Assembly: GCF_036321535.1 (NCBI RefSeq)
Contig: NC_087447.1
Span: 44,518,001 to 44,582,000, forward strand
Origin: Camelus dromedarius
Lineage: Eukaryota
Reading direction: 5' to 3'
Length of the DNA: 64,000 nucleotides
Part shown: positions 49,401 to 61,400 of the stretch, piece after piece
Layout of the letters: each line of letters begins with the position of its first letter
How positions within the stretch are numbered: position 1 is the stretch's first letter
Notes under the pieces: model-generated
Database searches by the model: none
Told to the model about the DNA's origin: nothing
The model's input: only the letters and a program-made list of their open reading frames with translations
Program-made: the position numbers and the translations under genes

Positions 49401-52400
49401 TCCAGGTACAAGTTGGGGCTCTCGGAGTTGGACCCTAGCATCAGTTCCTGACTGAAGACCAGGTCTGAGGGCTTTTCCTGGGGACGGAGTAAAAGGACCG
49501 GTAGCAGCAGGGGAGAGATCAGGTCTACCTGGGCTGTCTTCTGCCACCGGTTCTTGGATCGATTTAGCTGGCTTTTGTAGCTGGAGGTCCCTTTGCCTTC
49601 CTCCTGGCCTATCTTCTGACTTAGGCTCCCTGTGGTCTCCCTCTTTACTGGGGCTATGGATGGTGCTGAATTGTTGGCTGGTGAGCCTGTGGTGACCTGA
49701 AGGCCATGCGGGTCCCCCTCCTCCTCTGTCTCACTGCCGCTGCTGCTCACGTCCTCCCACTGGGCCAGCTCCCCTTCAGATTCCACCTCAGACACCTTCT
49801 CCTCCATCTCCTCCTCATAGCCCTTGCCCAGGCTCTGGGGCGCCGGCCTACAGCAGAAGACATTCTGAGCTACCTCAAGGAGCAGGTTGGCACAGAAGGA
49901 GCGCTCCCTGGGGCTGTCCAGCCGGTCACAAAAGGTTCTCTGTGCCTCATGCAACCAAAGACGCACCATGTTGCGCATGGCTATCATGATGGCCAGGTGG
50001 GTGCCGCGTAAGCCGGACACCCGGCGCAAGTGCTCCTGGTGGTCGGGACAGTCCACAAAACCCCACGAGCCCACCCTGGGGGGCAGCAGCTGCAGGCTTC
50101 CCAGCAGCTGGCTCACCAAGTGCAGGGAGAAGCGGTAGTGGGGGCGGAGGGGTGAAGGTAGAAAGCAGTGGCCCACCACCTCGCAGGCCTCCACCGAGGC
50201 CCGGACCAGGGCTCTTGCTAGAAGGCTCTCCCGCTCCACAGAGGGGAAGCGCTCGAGCCAGGCCTGGATGCTGGGTGTGTGCCTGCTCAGCAGCGCGGCC
50301 TGGGTCATGCTGCCTAAGGCCAGCACCGTGAAGAGTCGACAGAGGCGTGGGCACAGCGGGCGCTCGCAGAAGCCCGGCACCGTGGCGGTGGCAAGGAAGT
50401 TGATTTTCGGCTGCAGCGTCTGTAGTTCCAAGGAGCCGTGGGCATACACGGTGCCGTCCATGGCCTGGCGCAGCGTCTCCAGCACTGGCTGACAGCTCTT
50501 CTCTGGGTCTGCAGGACAGGAGGAAATTAAGAGACAAAAATGATAGTCATTTATATGTACCCACATATTTACCGCCTCTGATGCTCTTCATTCTCTTCTG
50601 TAGATCTGAGTTTCCATATGACATTCCTTCTCTTCTGCCTGAAGAATATCTTTTAGCATTTCTTGTAGCAGTCCTAGCAGCAATGGATTTTCTCAGTTTT
50701 CATGTATCTGAAATATCTTCATTTCATCCTCATTTACAAAGGTTTCTTTACTGAACAGAGAATCCCAGGATGACAGAGTGGGGTTTTTTTTTTCCTTTAA
50801 AAAAATTATTTTTATTTTCTTATTTTTCATTTTTTTAACTAATTTTTTTAGGGGGGGAGTAATTGGGTTTATTTATCTACTAACTTAATGGAAGTACTGA
50901 GGCTAGAACCCCGGGCCTCGTGCATGCTAGACATGCACTCTACCACTGAGCTATGCCCTCCCTCCTCCCTTTTAGTGCTTGAAAGATGTTGTTCCATCAC
51001 CATTGGGATTCTATTATTTCTGATGAGAATTTGACCATCATTCATTCTTAATGTTATACATATGTACGTAATCTGTCCTTTTTTTTCTCTGACCACTTTC
51101 AAAGGTTTTCTTTGATTTTCAGCAGTTTGAATGTGATGTTCCTAGATGTGTTTTTCTTTTTATTATCCTACTAGGGGATAACTAAGCTTTCTATATGTGA
51201 AAGTCAATACTTTTCAAGAAATTTGGGAAAACATGGTAATTATTTCCTCAAATATATTTGTCTGCCCTATTCTCACTCTTCTTGCCTTCTGAAACTCCAA
51301 TTATATATAAATTAGATTGAAGCTCTTTTCATATTCAGTATTTTTCTGTTCTTCAGGGTTCACTCTTTTTCCATTTCCAATGTGCTATTAAGCCAGCCAG
51401 TGCATTTTTCCTCAGTTATTGTATTTCCCAGTTCTAAAATTTCCATTTAGTTGACTTTAGTAGTTTCCATTTCCTTGCTGAGATTACCTCTGTTTATTAA
51501 GATCCTATTTTCAAAAAAAAAAAAAAAAGATCCTATTTCCCCTTAAAAAAACTGAATGCTTTTATAATAGCTGCTGTCAAGTATTTGTCTGCTAAACTCA
51601 ACTTCAAGGCCATCTCAGAATCAGTTTTTATTGACTGTTTCCTCTTGACGAGTCAGTTTTCTGTTCTGTTGGATGTCTACTAATTTTTGACTTTATGCTG
51701 GCTGTTTTGGTGGCTGTCACTCAAGAATACCTTTTACCCTGTCAGCTGTGTATACTTCACTCTACGACATTGCTGGCAATGTTTTCAACCTTCCTGTTGA
51801 AATCTCTTCTCAGTTGCCCTTCACAGATCTGGCGGTACCACTTTTTACTCTTTCTGTTATCCACTGACATCCTGATTACTTGTGCAAATTCATTGAGAAG
51901 GCCAAATAATATAGTTGGAAAAAATTACTGGTTTGGAGCCAACCAGGCTTGAATTTTACTCTTGGTCTGATACTTACTGGCTAGAGTATCTTGGTCAAGT
52001 TATAAAATCTCAGTTTCTTCATCTTTAAAATAATCATAGTAAATCTCCATCATATTAGGCTTTTATGAACATTAAAGATGGCATAGGTAAAGCATGTAGA
52101 ACTCAATAAATTGTACCAAATATTATTAAGTACTTATACCACCTGGTTCAAATTTTCTACATTGCATAAGGGACTTCAGTGTCTGACTGGACAATCCATC
52201 TTCAGCTTTAGCCCATGGACTTCCTTGACTTCAGTAACCTGTACCTATACTTCGTTTTTGTCCATTCCCACAGCCATATTCAAAACCGTTAATCTCTGGA
52301 GATGTATCACTTTAGAAACTTTAAACTTCAATAGCCCAAGCTTTCATCACAATTTCTCCTCTTTCCTTTCTTATCTTTTCTTCTACAGACTTACTGAGCA

Positions 52401-55400
52401 TTTACTTTCTGCTGGGTCTGTCAGAATGAATGAGGCAATTCTCTGTTCTCACAAAGCTCAGAGTGGATGGAAGGGACAGGCCAGTAAATGTACATGTCAC
52501 AAAACCATGGTTGTCACAGATTTTTGTACAGAGCACAGGATGAGCATCAAACCTAGCCTGGAGGCTCAGGCTTCTGGGAGATATTGCCTGAGATTATTTG
52601 TAAAGAATAAGTAGGATTTAGCCAGAATAAAGAAGGCAGAGAGGATGGCAGTCCCAGAGGCCAGAAGCAGCCAGACTTACTGGATGCCTGTACTACATAG
52701 TTGAGTCTAGTTAGAGCACAGAGTGTAAAAGTCTAGAGAAGAAAGCCTCATCACAAGAAACCTTGTAAGAGCATTTGCCAAAGTTCCAGGTAATGACTGT
52801 CTGAACCAGGGAAGATGGAATGGACATAGTCAGAGAAGTTTTAGAGGTACTTAGGAAGCAAAATTAAGTCACAGGGTGACTGCACATTGGTGAGAGAGGG
52901 GAAGATGTCAACAAGATTTCTAGCTGAAGTGACTGGATGGATGGTGGTACTGGGAGCAGGTGGTACATGGGAGCAGGGTGTTGGGGGAGATGATGAGTTC
53001 AGGGTAGGGTCTGAGGGTCCAATGGGACAACAAGGTAGAGATATCCAGTAGATCGTTGGATAAACAGGTCTGATGCTTAGAAGAAAATCAGAGATGGTGG
53101 ATGAGGCCACACAAGGGATACGATTATTCAGGCAGCATGTGTAGAATGAGAAGATATTAAGAATGGAACACTGAGGTTTGGTCTGCAGGTGTATGTTTGA
53201 CAGTCAGTGAATATTGCTAGGTATTTTACAGTCTCAAGAGTCTCCTCCCAGGTCCTCACCAGAAGCAGCCAGGTGCAGATCCTCCAGCAGGAAGAGGAGG
53301 AAGCCTTTGGAATCCACGTGCCGTGTAGACCACTGGCTGGCTTGTGGTTGGCTTTGGAACCCTTGGTTCAGCAGAAGGCGAAGGTGGGTGGTACGGACAG
53401 CTGGGTGGATGGGGCTGCACATGTAAGGGTGCAGTGGCTCCACGAGCACCTCCACAAAGGCTGACTTCCCTGTTGCTGCCTCTCCAGCCAGCAGCACGGG
53501 GTGTCCCTCTGACAGAAGAAGGTCCACCACGTATAGGAGCCGTTCGGTCTGCAGGACAGGAGCAGGGCTTACTGTGGCAGCTCCAGGTTAGCACAGTAGT
53601 CTGGCTGAAAGAAGAGGCCTAGGGGCCTTGTCTTAAAGCTGTGCTTGCAGAACACTTCGTATATTCTTGTAATTGTGAAAACATATCAAAGAATGGGGGC
53701 AGGTGGGCCTCGGCTAGGCCTAGGACCCGACCACCCCAGGATCTCTCTTGGAGCCTAAACCCCAGCTACTGCCCCACTGTCCTCACACCTGGGGAGAAGG
53801 GTTGAAAGTGCCCTGAGGTCCCTTGAGGTGGTTGCCCAGGTATTGGCCAGTGAAGGGGGCCAGTGTCCCATCTTCAGGGCATACACGTAGATCAAACACC
53901 AAGGCTGAGGGTGGTGGCTCAGGGTAGTCGGAGAGGCAACTAATAGAATCCCTCAGGAAGGTATCAAAGAAGGGCCAGAGCCTGCTTAGATGGACATACA
54001 GGCAAAACTGTCAGGCAGTTACAACAGTTCCATTTGCAATATACTCACACACCCCACCCTCCTCCAATGATGTCACCTGGGGTTTGGCTCCCATGGGCTA
54101 TTCCATCTCAGCCCTCTGCATCCCCCCTGCCAACGCTGTAGATACCTGGAGGGAAGGTGGGCTCCAAAGCCCCAGATCAAAGCAAAAAGAAAGCTGCTGA
54201 CAGCCAGCAAGTGCTCCCTGCGCTTATCAGGTACACCATCACCATCAATCTGGTACCGGTTCAGAGAGCTGCTTTTCGAGGACTTGAAGCTTTGGGCCAC
54301 AGTATCACTATATTTGAGGTCTTCTGCAAAGGTCACCATGGCCAGAATCGGAGCCCCAGTAGCAAAAAAGGGAAGGGGGTTGGGGAGGTGAGGTTGGTTA
54401 TTGCTTCTCACTTTCAGTCTCCAAGCCCAAGGCCACCTAAGAACCCGGGCCTCAGGCTCCAGCTATATCTCAGCTATCCTTGAGGCCACATTGCTCTCAA
54501 ATCAGCCCTGCCCTTTCCCTTTCCTTCACCTGGGATATGTGCCTTCTCCTCGTCATCTATGCGCAGGTGCAGGTCAAGCAGACAACGCAGGATGCGGGCT
54601 AGGGTGGTGACTTCAGCCACACCTGGGCAAACAGCCTGCTGCCCGTGAACCTGCAGCAGAGAGCTGGCACCCTGGCTGGTGAGGAATTGGATTGTTGCAG
54701 GCACCAGCACGTCAGCCAGGTAGTTGAGCTCAGTGATAGTCTTGAGCTGCAGGCGGTACTCCCGGGGTAGGGCTGCCATCAGGACGCTCAGCACACCCTG
54801 CCAGGTGTGCTCCCCGCCACACCAGACTAGGGCACAGCGGCCTACCAACGTGGGGGACATGCCTGTTGCATCTCCCATCTCCATCAAGAGAAAAGTACCT
54901 GGGGGTCGTGCTATCTGCTGACCATTGGGGAGGCTAAGCTGAGGAGGGTCACCCAGGAGGCAAGTGACAGAGTCCAGCCAAGCGGCACTGGGAGCCCCAT
55001 CACATATTATCCAGTGATGAATCCCCACTGCTTCCTGAACCTGCCCCCTTGGGCCCACAGTCTTGCACCGAATGGCTTCACGAAGCAGCTGGGGGAAGAC
55101 ACCATGGTGCCAGCAGGGGCCCTCAAGCCATCCCAGGAACTCCTGGGGGCTGAGGGCACTGGGATACAGGTGAGTAATCTCCACGGGCTGGCAGCTCTGG
55201 GTTGAGGTAATCTCCATGGCTGCCAACCGATTCTGGATCTTAAATAAGCTGTTCCAACAGCTGGTCTTGCCACTACCTGCAGGGCCCAGAAGCAAAACAC
55301 CGGAGGCCTGGCCCAGGGCCTGGCTCAGCTGCTCCAGCGACCCCAAAATATCAGGGCTGGGATGCAGGCGTCCTTGCTGCAACTCCTCCTCCAGCAGTGA

Positions 55401-58400
55401 TTTCCTCAGCCTGTGAGTCATGGGCTCTGCCAGTACCTGGTGGGCAGCAGGGAAGAGCCCACAGAGAAGCTCCCGGAGGCTGCACAGGTGGACCTCATCC
55501 AGGATGCTGAACAGTGGGGAGCGCAGCAGGGCCCGCAGCAGGGTGGCCTCCTCAATGGCAGCCAGGTTGCAGGGCTGCTTGGACTTGGGACCCTCTGTGG
55601 TTGTGTTTAGGGCCTGTATCGTGTCTTCCAGTACCTGCTTGAGCAGGGGCAAGCGGCAGGGCAGGGGCCTAGACACCAGCTCATGCTCTAGGGAGAAGAA
55701 TCTGGACAGGCGGGTCGCCATGCACGTGGCATCCCGTATCCCTGCACCCAGCAGGGTCAGCTCTGCCACTTGCTGCAGGTCAGGCAGCACCAGTGCCACA
55801 GGCCGCAGTAGGAGACGCAGGTTGGCAGGCACGGCAGGGCTCAGGGCCCGCAGCGTCAGGAGACAGCCGTAGCCAAGGCGCATGTCCACGTGATGTTTCT
55901 CAAAGCAGCCACTGCCGAGGAGCTGGGGGTGGGTGGGGTCAACAGTGCTGGTACTTCGGGAAGCCTCCTGGTACAGTGGGGCATAGAGGTGGTGCAGTTC
56001 AGCCAAGCGCTGGCCCAGGGCAGAGAGCAAGCCCAGGGGCAAGCGCTGAGCTGCCTCTAACAGCAGCCAGGCACCACCCTGCAGGGCACCATTCAGGTAG
56101 CTGCTCAGGCTTCGGGCCTCTATGTGAGGCAGGCAGGGAATCATCACCAGCTGGCGCCCAAGGGCCTGTGCCAGGTTCTGCACCGTGGCTGCCTTGCCCA
56201 CACCATCAGGGCCCAGTAGGGTCCCACAGGTCACCTCTTCCAGGGCCAATAACAGCACTAGTGCTGGCCGCTCAGGCAACAGGTTGGGTAGAGACCCCAG
56301 TCTGGGACCCAGGTATTCATAATTGTACAGGAAAGACCGGCCCAGTACATCTACCCAGCATGCAGCTGGTGATGGAGAAGTCTCAGAAGATGCAAAGGAC
56401 TTGGGACTCTGCGGGGGTTTCTGGAGGGTGGTGGGAGGTGAACCCAGGTGATACTTGAGTTGGCGGGCCCAGTGGAAGTCAGTCAGATCGCTGACCTGGT
56501 GCTCCTGCAGCAGCTGCGCTATATCCCGGTGAGTCACCGCCATGACCAGCAGGGCACTGAGCAGGCTGGTCTGGCGGACAGAGGGCAGGGGCTGCTCACC
56601 CTGAGAGGCCCTCTGGGCCTGCAAAAAATGTACCAGGACCTCAAGCTTCCACACATGCATGGGGACCACTGCCAGGGTCTTCCCCTCAAGCAGAGCCTCC
56701 TCCATGTGGACCCGCCACACCACCTCCTCTGCCACCAGCACACACTGCCACGGGAAGGCCTGGACCAAGTCCAGCCAGTGCTGGACATACAGTTGTGGGG
56801 GCAACTGGCTTTGCTGGGGCAGCTGCTTGAAGGCCTTGTCTAGGGACGGGCTCAGAGCAAGGCGGGCAGCCACGCAGTCCTGCAGCATGTGCACCAGTGA
56901 CACACGCAGACACTTCTCCAGAGAGGCCAGCCACTTGGGGAGATCTGGATGCAGGGGAAGGGGCCCCTGCAGCTTCACCTCCTCCCCACCGGCCCCGAGC
57001 ACTGCAAGCGCCTCCACCTGCGTCTGCATGCTTGGGCTTGACTGCTGGCCACCCATGTTTTTATCAGTTTGGCTGAAGTCGAAAAGCATGGCCCGCACGT
57101 GAGGAAAGCAGCGTCGGACCCACAGCTGGGCCTCACAGGACTCCAGAGGGGCAGCCAGCAGGGTCACCAGCTCACTGTCGCTGAGGAAGAAGAGGCGGGG
57201 GAACTGAGCGCACACGCTGTACAGCACGCTCTCCAGAGCCATGATGATCCCCTCCAGCTCCACGGAGCCAGCTTGCAGCAGCTGCTGCAGCTGCTGGCCT
57301 TGGAAGGAAGGGCTGCGCTTGGCACTGGGCACGATGAGTGACAGAACCAGGGGATCAGTGACAGAGATCTGCATCAGGGTCCGATACTGCTCATCTACGG
57401 CCTTGAAACGGGAGCTCTGTGGGGAGGGAGAGGGTCAGAGTGAGGGCGGCGCCCCCCTCCCACCCTGAGCACTTGTCCACCCAGCCACACCCACCTTTCC
57501 TACCAGGTCAGAACTAGGAAACTGTATCTTCATCTCATGCAGAACTTTATTCAGAAAGATCCACTTCTGCTGGAAGCTCACCCACACCTCCAGCAGGGCA
57601 CCTGTGAGAGCAGCCAGAGCAAAACTGGAGGGAGACTAGGGTTCTGGCTTCTGCAACGGGGTTCAGTCTGCTCCTGCCCTCTTGGAGTGCCCTACCTCCA
57701 AAAAACTCTGCTTAGCAGGACCCAGGGACCTTGCTCTAAGGAGAGAAAACCTAACACCAGGAACAAGTATCTGGTCACTTCAGCCCAAGAAGTAGCCCTG
57801 AAAGAGGTCCTTACTCTGTCCTCGCCCGGCCCTCACCTCTCACCCCATCCTTCTGGACCATCTCGCCTCAGGTCCCACCCATCAGCCCAGTTAGAGGCCT
57901 GCACTCACCCAGGTCATGCATGATGGTCACCCACTCCAAAGCCCTTCTATTTAATTCTCCGGACTTCTGGATGGCCAGGATCTTGCACAATACTTGAAGA
58001 CTTTCCTGGATAGAATCCTGCAAGCTGCTGTAATCTGAGGAAGAGGGGGGCTCCAGCTGAGCTGAGCTAAGCTGAGCTGGCAGTCAGATGGGGCAAGGGT
58101 GACTGATTCCCCAAATCCACTGAAACTCACAGATCTCAAACTAGTCTCTAGAAAACACAAATATTTTTTCTTCCACTAGTTGAACTGTATGCTCACCAAG
58201 AGTCAGATTATATTTGCAAACCTGTTTATGTGACTTCCGATTATGGGAGCTATAATTTAAATGACAGAATTTACTCTAATAGTCAGTTAACTACTAAAAT
58301 ATGGGTAGAAAGAGAGTTGCTGGTTCTATGGAAACTAGGGCAGGCTTCAGCAAAGGTGAACTAATAAAAACATGGTATTAAATAGCAAGTCAATTTTTTT

Positions 58401-61400
58401 TTAAATTCTAAAACTGTAATAAAAATCTAGAAAAGTCCTGGACTCAGATAACTTCACAAGTGTCTTCATGTCACTGCTCAACTTTACAGAAACTAAAGCG
58501 GAAATAGCAGACGATGCATTAACGCAAGAAAGGCAGTAAGGAACTTCCGTTAGTTGATTGCAAATCAAAGAAAAGCTCTTGTCCTTAGGTTAAAAGGTTA
58601 GTAAATAAGTGCACGTTATATAACTCAAGCTAAAATAAAAATCGTAAGCAATGTATGCATATTTTACGATTTCCCTATTTAACTAACTTCCTAAATTTGC
58701 CAGTTGGGTTGCAGTTGTGTTGCATAAGAGCACTTCTCCCCTACACACTTCCCTAATTAACCATCTTAGGGGCCTGTACATATGCTATTCCCTCTGCCTG
58801 GCATGCCCTTCTTCCCTTGCAAGTTTGGCAAATTCCTGCTCCTTCAGAAGTCAGCATGAGGCCTTTGCCTAAGAGAAGGGAAGATTTCTCTGACTCTCCT
58901 GGTCCTTTGAAGTCCATCCTCTTTCTGAGCTTCTGTTACCCTCAGTTAAGCACCCCATCATGCATTTATCTCTATTCTATTGTCCCTCTCTCACCAGACC
59001 AGGAGCTCATAAGGGACAGGACTCCAGTCTGTAAATCTCAGGGTCTCCTGGGTTCAGCTTAGAGGAGACAGGTGAGGGAGGGAATGAAAAAGGAATGAAT
59101 GAGTAGGGCAAAAGAACAGATAGCAGCGGGCATCTAGAGGACGGAGCATTGAAAGCTGGAAAGATGTGACCATGAGGAATTTCTTAGCACACCCAGAAAG
59201 GGGGGGACCTCTGCTGAAGAGGCCAGGCACTGGGCAGGAGGGAGGGGGCAGGGGGCTCCCAGGAAGGTTAAGACTGTATGGGAGCTACATGGAAAGTATT
59301 GTCTCAGAACAGACTGATGGCTCAGGCTGTCCAGGAGTTTGGGAGGTGGGGGTGGCTAGAGAAACCAGCTCCGGCAGGGCTGGGTGGATGAATATGGCTC
59401 TCCGCAAGGTGAGGGAGCTTTCACTGGGCCACAGGGGCTGGGTCTCACCTGAAAGGATGAAGGTGCCACTGTCCTTGCCCACGACCTCCCACTGGGGGCT
59501 GCGGAGCGCTTGTCTCCTGGAGCGCTCTGAGGCGGGGGGCTCGTATGGCATGTGCAGGATGAAGTTGAGCAGCCGCAGCTGGCGCGCTTCCCAGGCCCGC
59601 TGCAGCTGCAGGAGGGCCTCTTGGGCATGGATCCGTTCGTTTTCACACTGCCAGATCTGGAATAGCTCAGTCTCAGGAACCAGGACTGTGTAACGGCTGA
59701 GGGGATAGCCTCGGAGCTGGGACTTGAGGGCCAGGGCTTAGGGCAGTGGAGGTCTCCGAGATGGAGAGTGGGGCCACCAGCATCAAAGACAGGCCACCAG
59801 CAGCACACTGTGACCTAAGGCTGGGGCCCTGAAACCCACTGTTTTGCAAGGTTCCCGGCTGAGCAGACAGTACCTCCAACAGCTCAGGCTCTTTTTGGAC
59901 AGGGTAAATGTTGGGGGACATCTATTATCCTGTGTGCCCACAACTTTGGGGCTGCCACCCACTTCCTTCCCTTGGGGAGGGCATACTCTCAGTCACAGAG
60001 AGTCTGGAATCACCCATCACATCCCCATACCCTCCAGGCAGGCTACCAATCTCAATCCCCCACCCATCTGCCAGTATCTGCTGCCCCTTGTCTCAAGGGG
60101 CTGCTGGGCCTTAACTGGCTCTATTAGAGCTCAGTAAATAGGCCCTGCGCTTGGACTATCCTGTCTCTGGTGGGCCCCACCTGATTGATCCGATCTGCAA
60201 ATTCCAGCAGTGGACAAGTGAGCAGCTGGCCCAGTGTCAGGAGCTCAGCGTTGTGGAGACCGCCTAGTCCTAAGGCTGGAGGTAGAGGGACAACAAGTTA
60301 GCGTCACACTCAGTATTTGGCAGATTCCAGCCCATATCCCAGAGCCCAGCCCAGCTCAGCTCCCAGACAGCAGATCTCAAAGCCCAGCAGAGAGGCAGGG
60401 GCCCAGAACCTAAGGTCCAGAGCACAACTCAGAGTCCAAAGCTAAGACTCCTGCCTAAGCCCAGCCCAGGTCAGCTGAGAGGACCCACATGGAAGTGCAG
60501 GGGGTTAAAAATGTTTGTCCCTGTGTGGGGGGAAGCAGGTTATGGTACACGGGGTGGCGGAAGGCCAGGGGCAACCCAGGGAGGAAAGGTGTTTCCAAAA
60601 GGAGCAACAGGGAGCTGAGTCGTCCCATTGTTCTAACCGGATGTCCTTCCCTTCCCCTCCCCTCTGACTCTACCCGAACCCACCTCGCAGGAGGGCTTGG
60701 AAGTTGTGGTTCTGCGGCTGGAGGCTGCCCAGTTTGGTGATCAATGGCAGGAGGCTGCGAAACTCCTCCAACATGCGCACACAGTGCTGCAGAACTGGGC
60801 TGTGCAGCCCCAGGGTGGCACTCATCCGGGCGGCCTCCGTCAGCCAGCCATCTGTCTTCTCCTGGGCCATGGGCAGGTTGAACTGGAGGCAGAAAGGCAG
60901 CTGGAGACCCTTCCCCACCCCCACCCCTGAGGACACTCCACTCCTAGGCAGGAGTTCCAAGGAAGGGTGTCAGCACCTTGACAAAGGCCATGCACTTCCA
61001 TTCGCTAATGTTTTCTGAGATGACTCGGTACAGGTGCCAGATGCGCTGCTGCTGCACAATCGGAAGGGTCCCACAGACTGGCAAGGGCACAGGACTCGTG
61101 TCCCCTGTGGGGTAGGGCTGGCTGAGGCCCGGGCTCCGTGCTGGGGTCCGGGAGAGGAGGGGGGGATGGAGGGGGTGGGGGCATCAAGGGGCATGGTCAG
61201 TCACGAGTCCATAGCGGCAGAAGGGAGGGTCCTGAAAGGGCCAGAGGTGGGGGGATTATCCAAAATTGTTCAATACACTGATCCAAGGGAGAATTAGTCC
61301 AAGGAAAGAAAATCTACGAAAATGTGACGGTGATCAAAGGGAAGGATTCCTCTTCTATTAGTCTCCATCTCACCTCACTCCGTCCGCATCACACTCTTTA

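Noticed and set aside
58054..58080. (GAGCT)n pentamers resembling Ig switch repeats; similar AGCCC runs at 60340-60480
   Set aside because: Only 4-5 units in intronic sequence, far too short to be meaningful.
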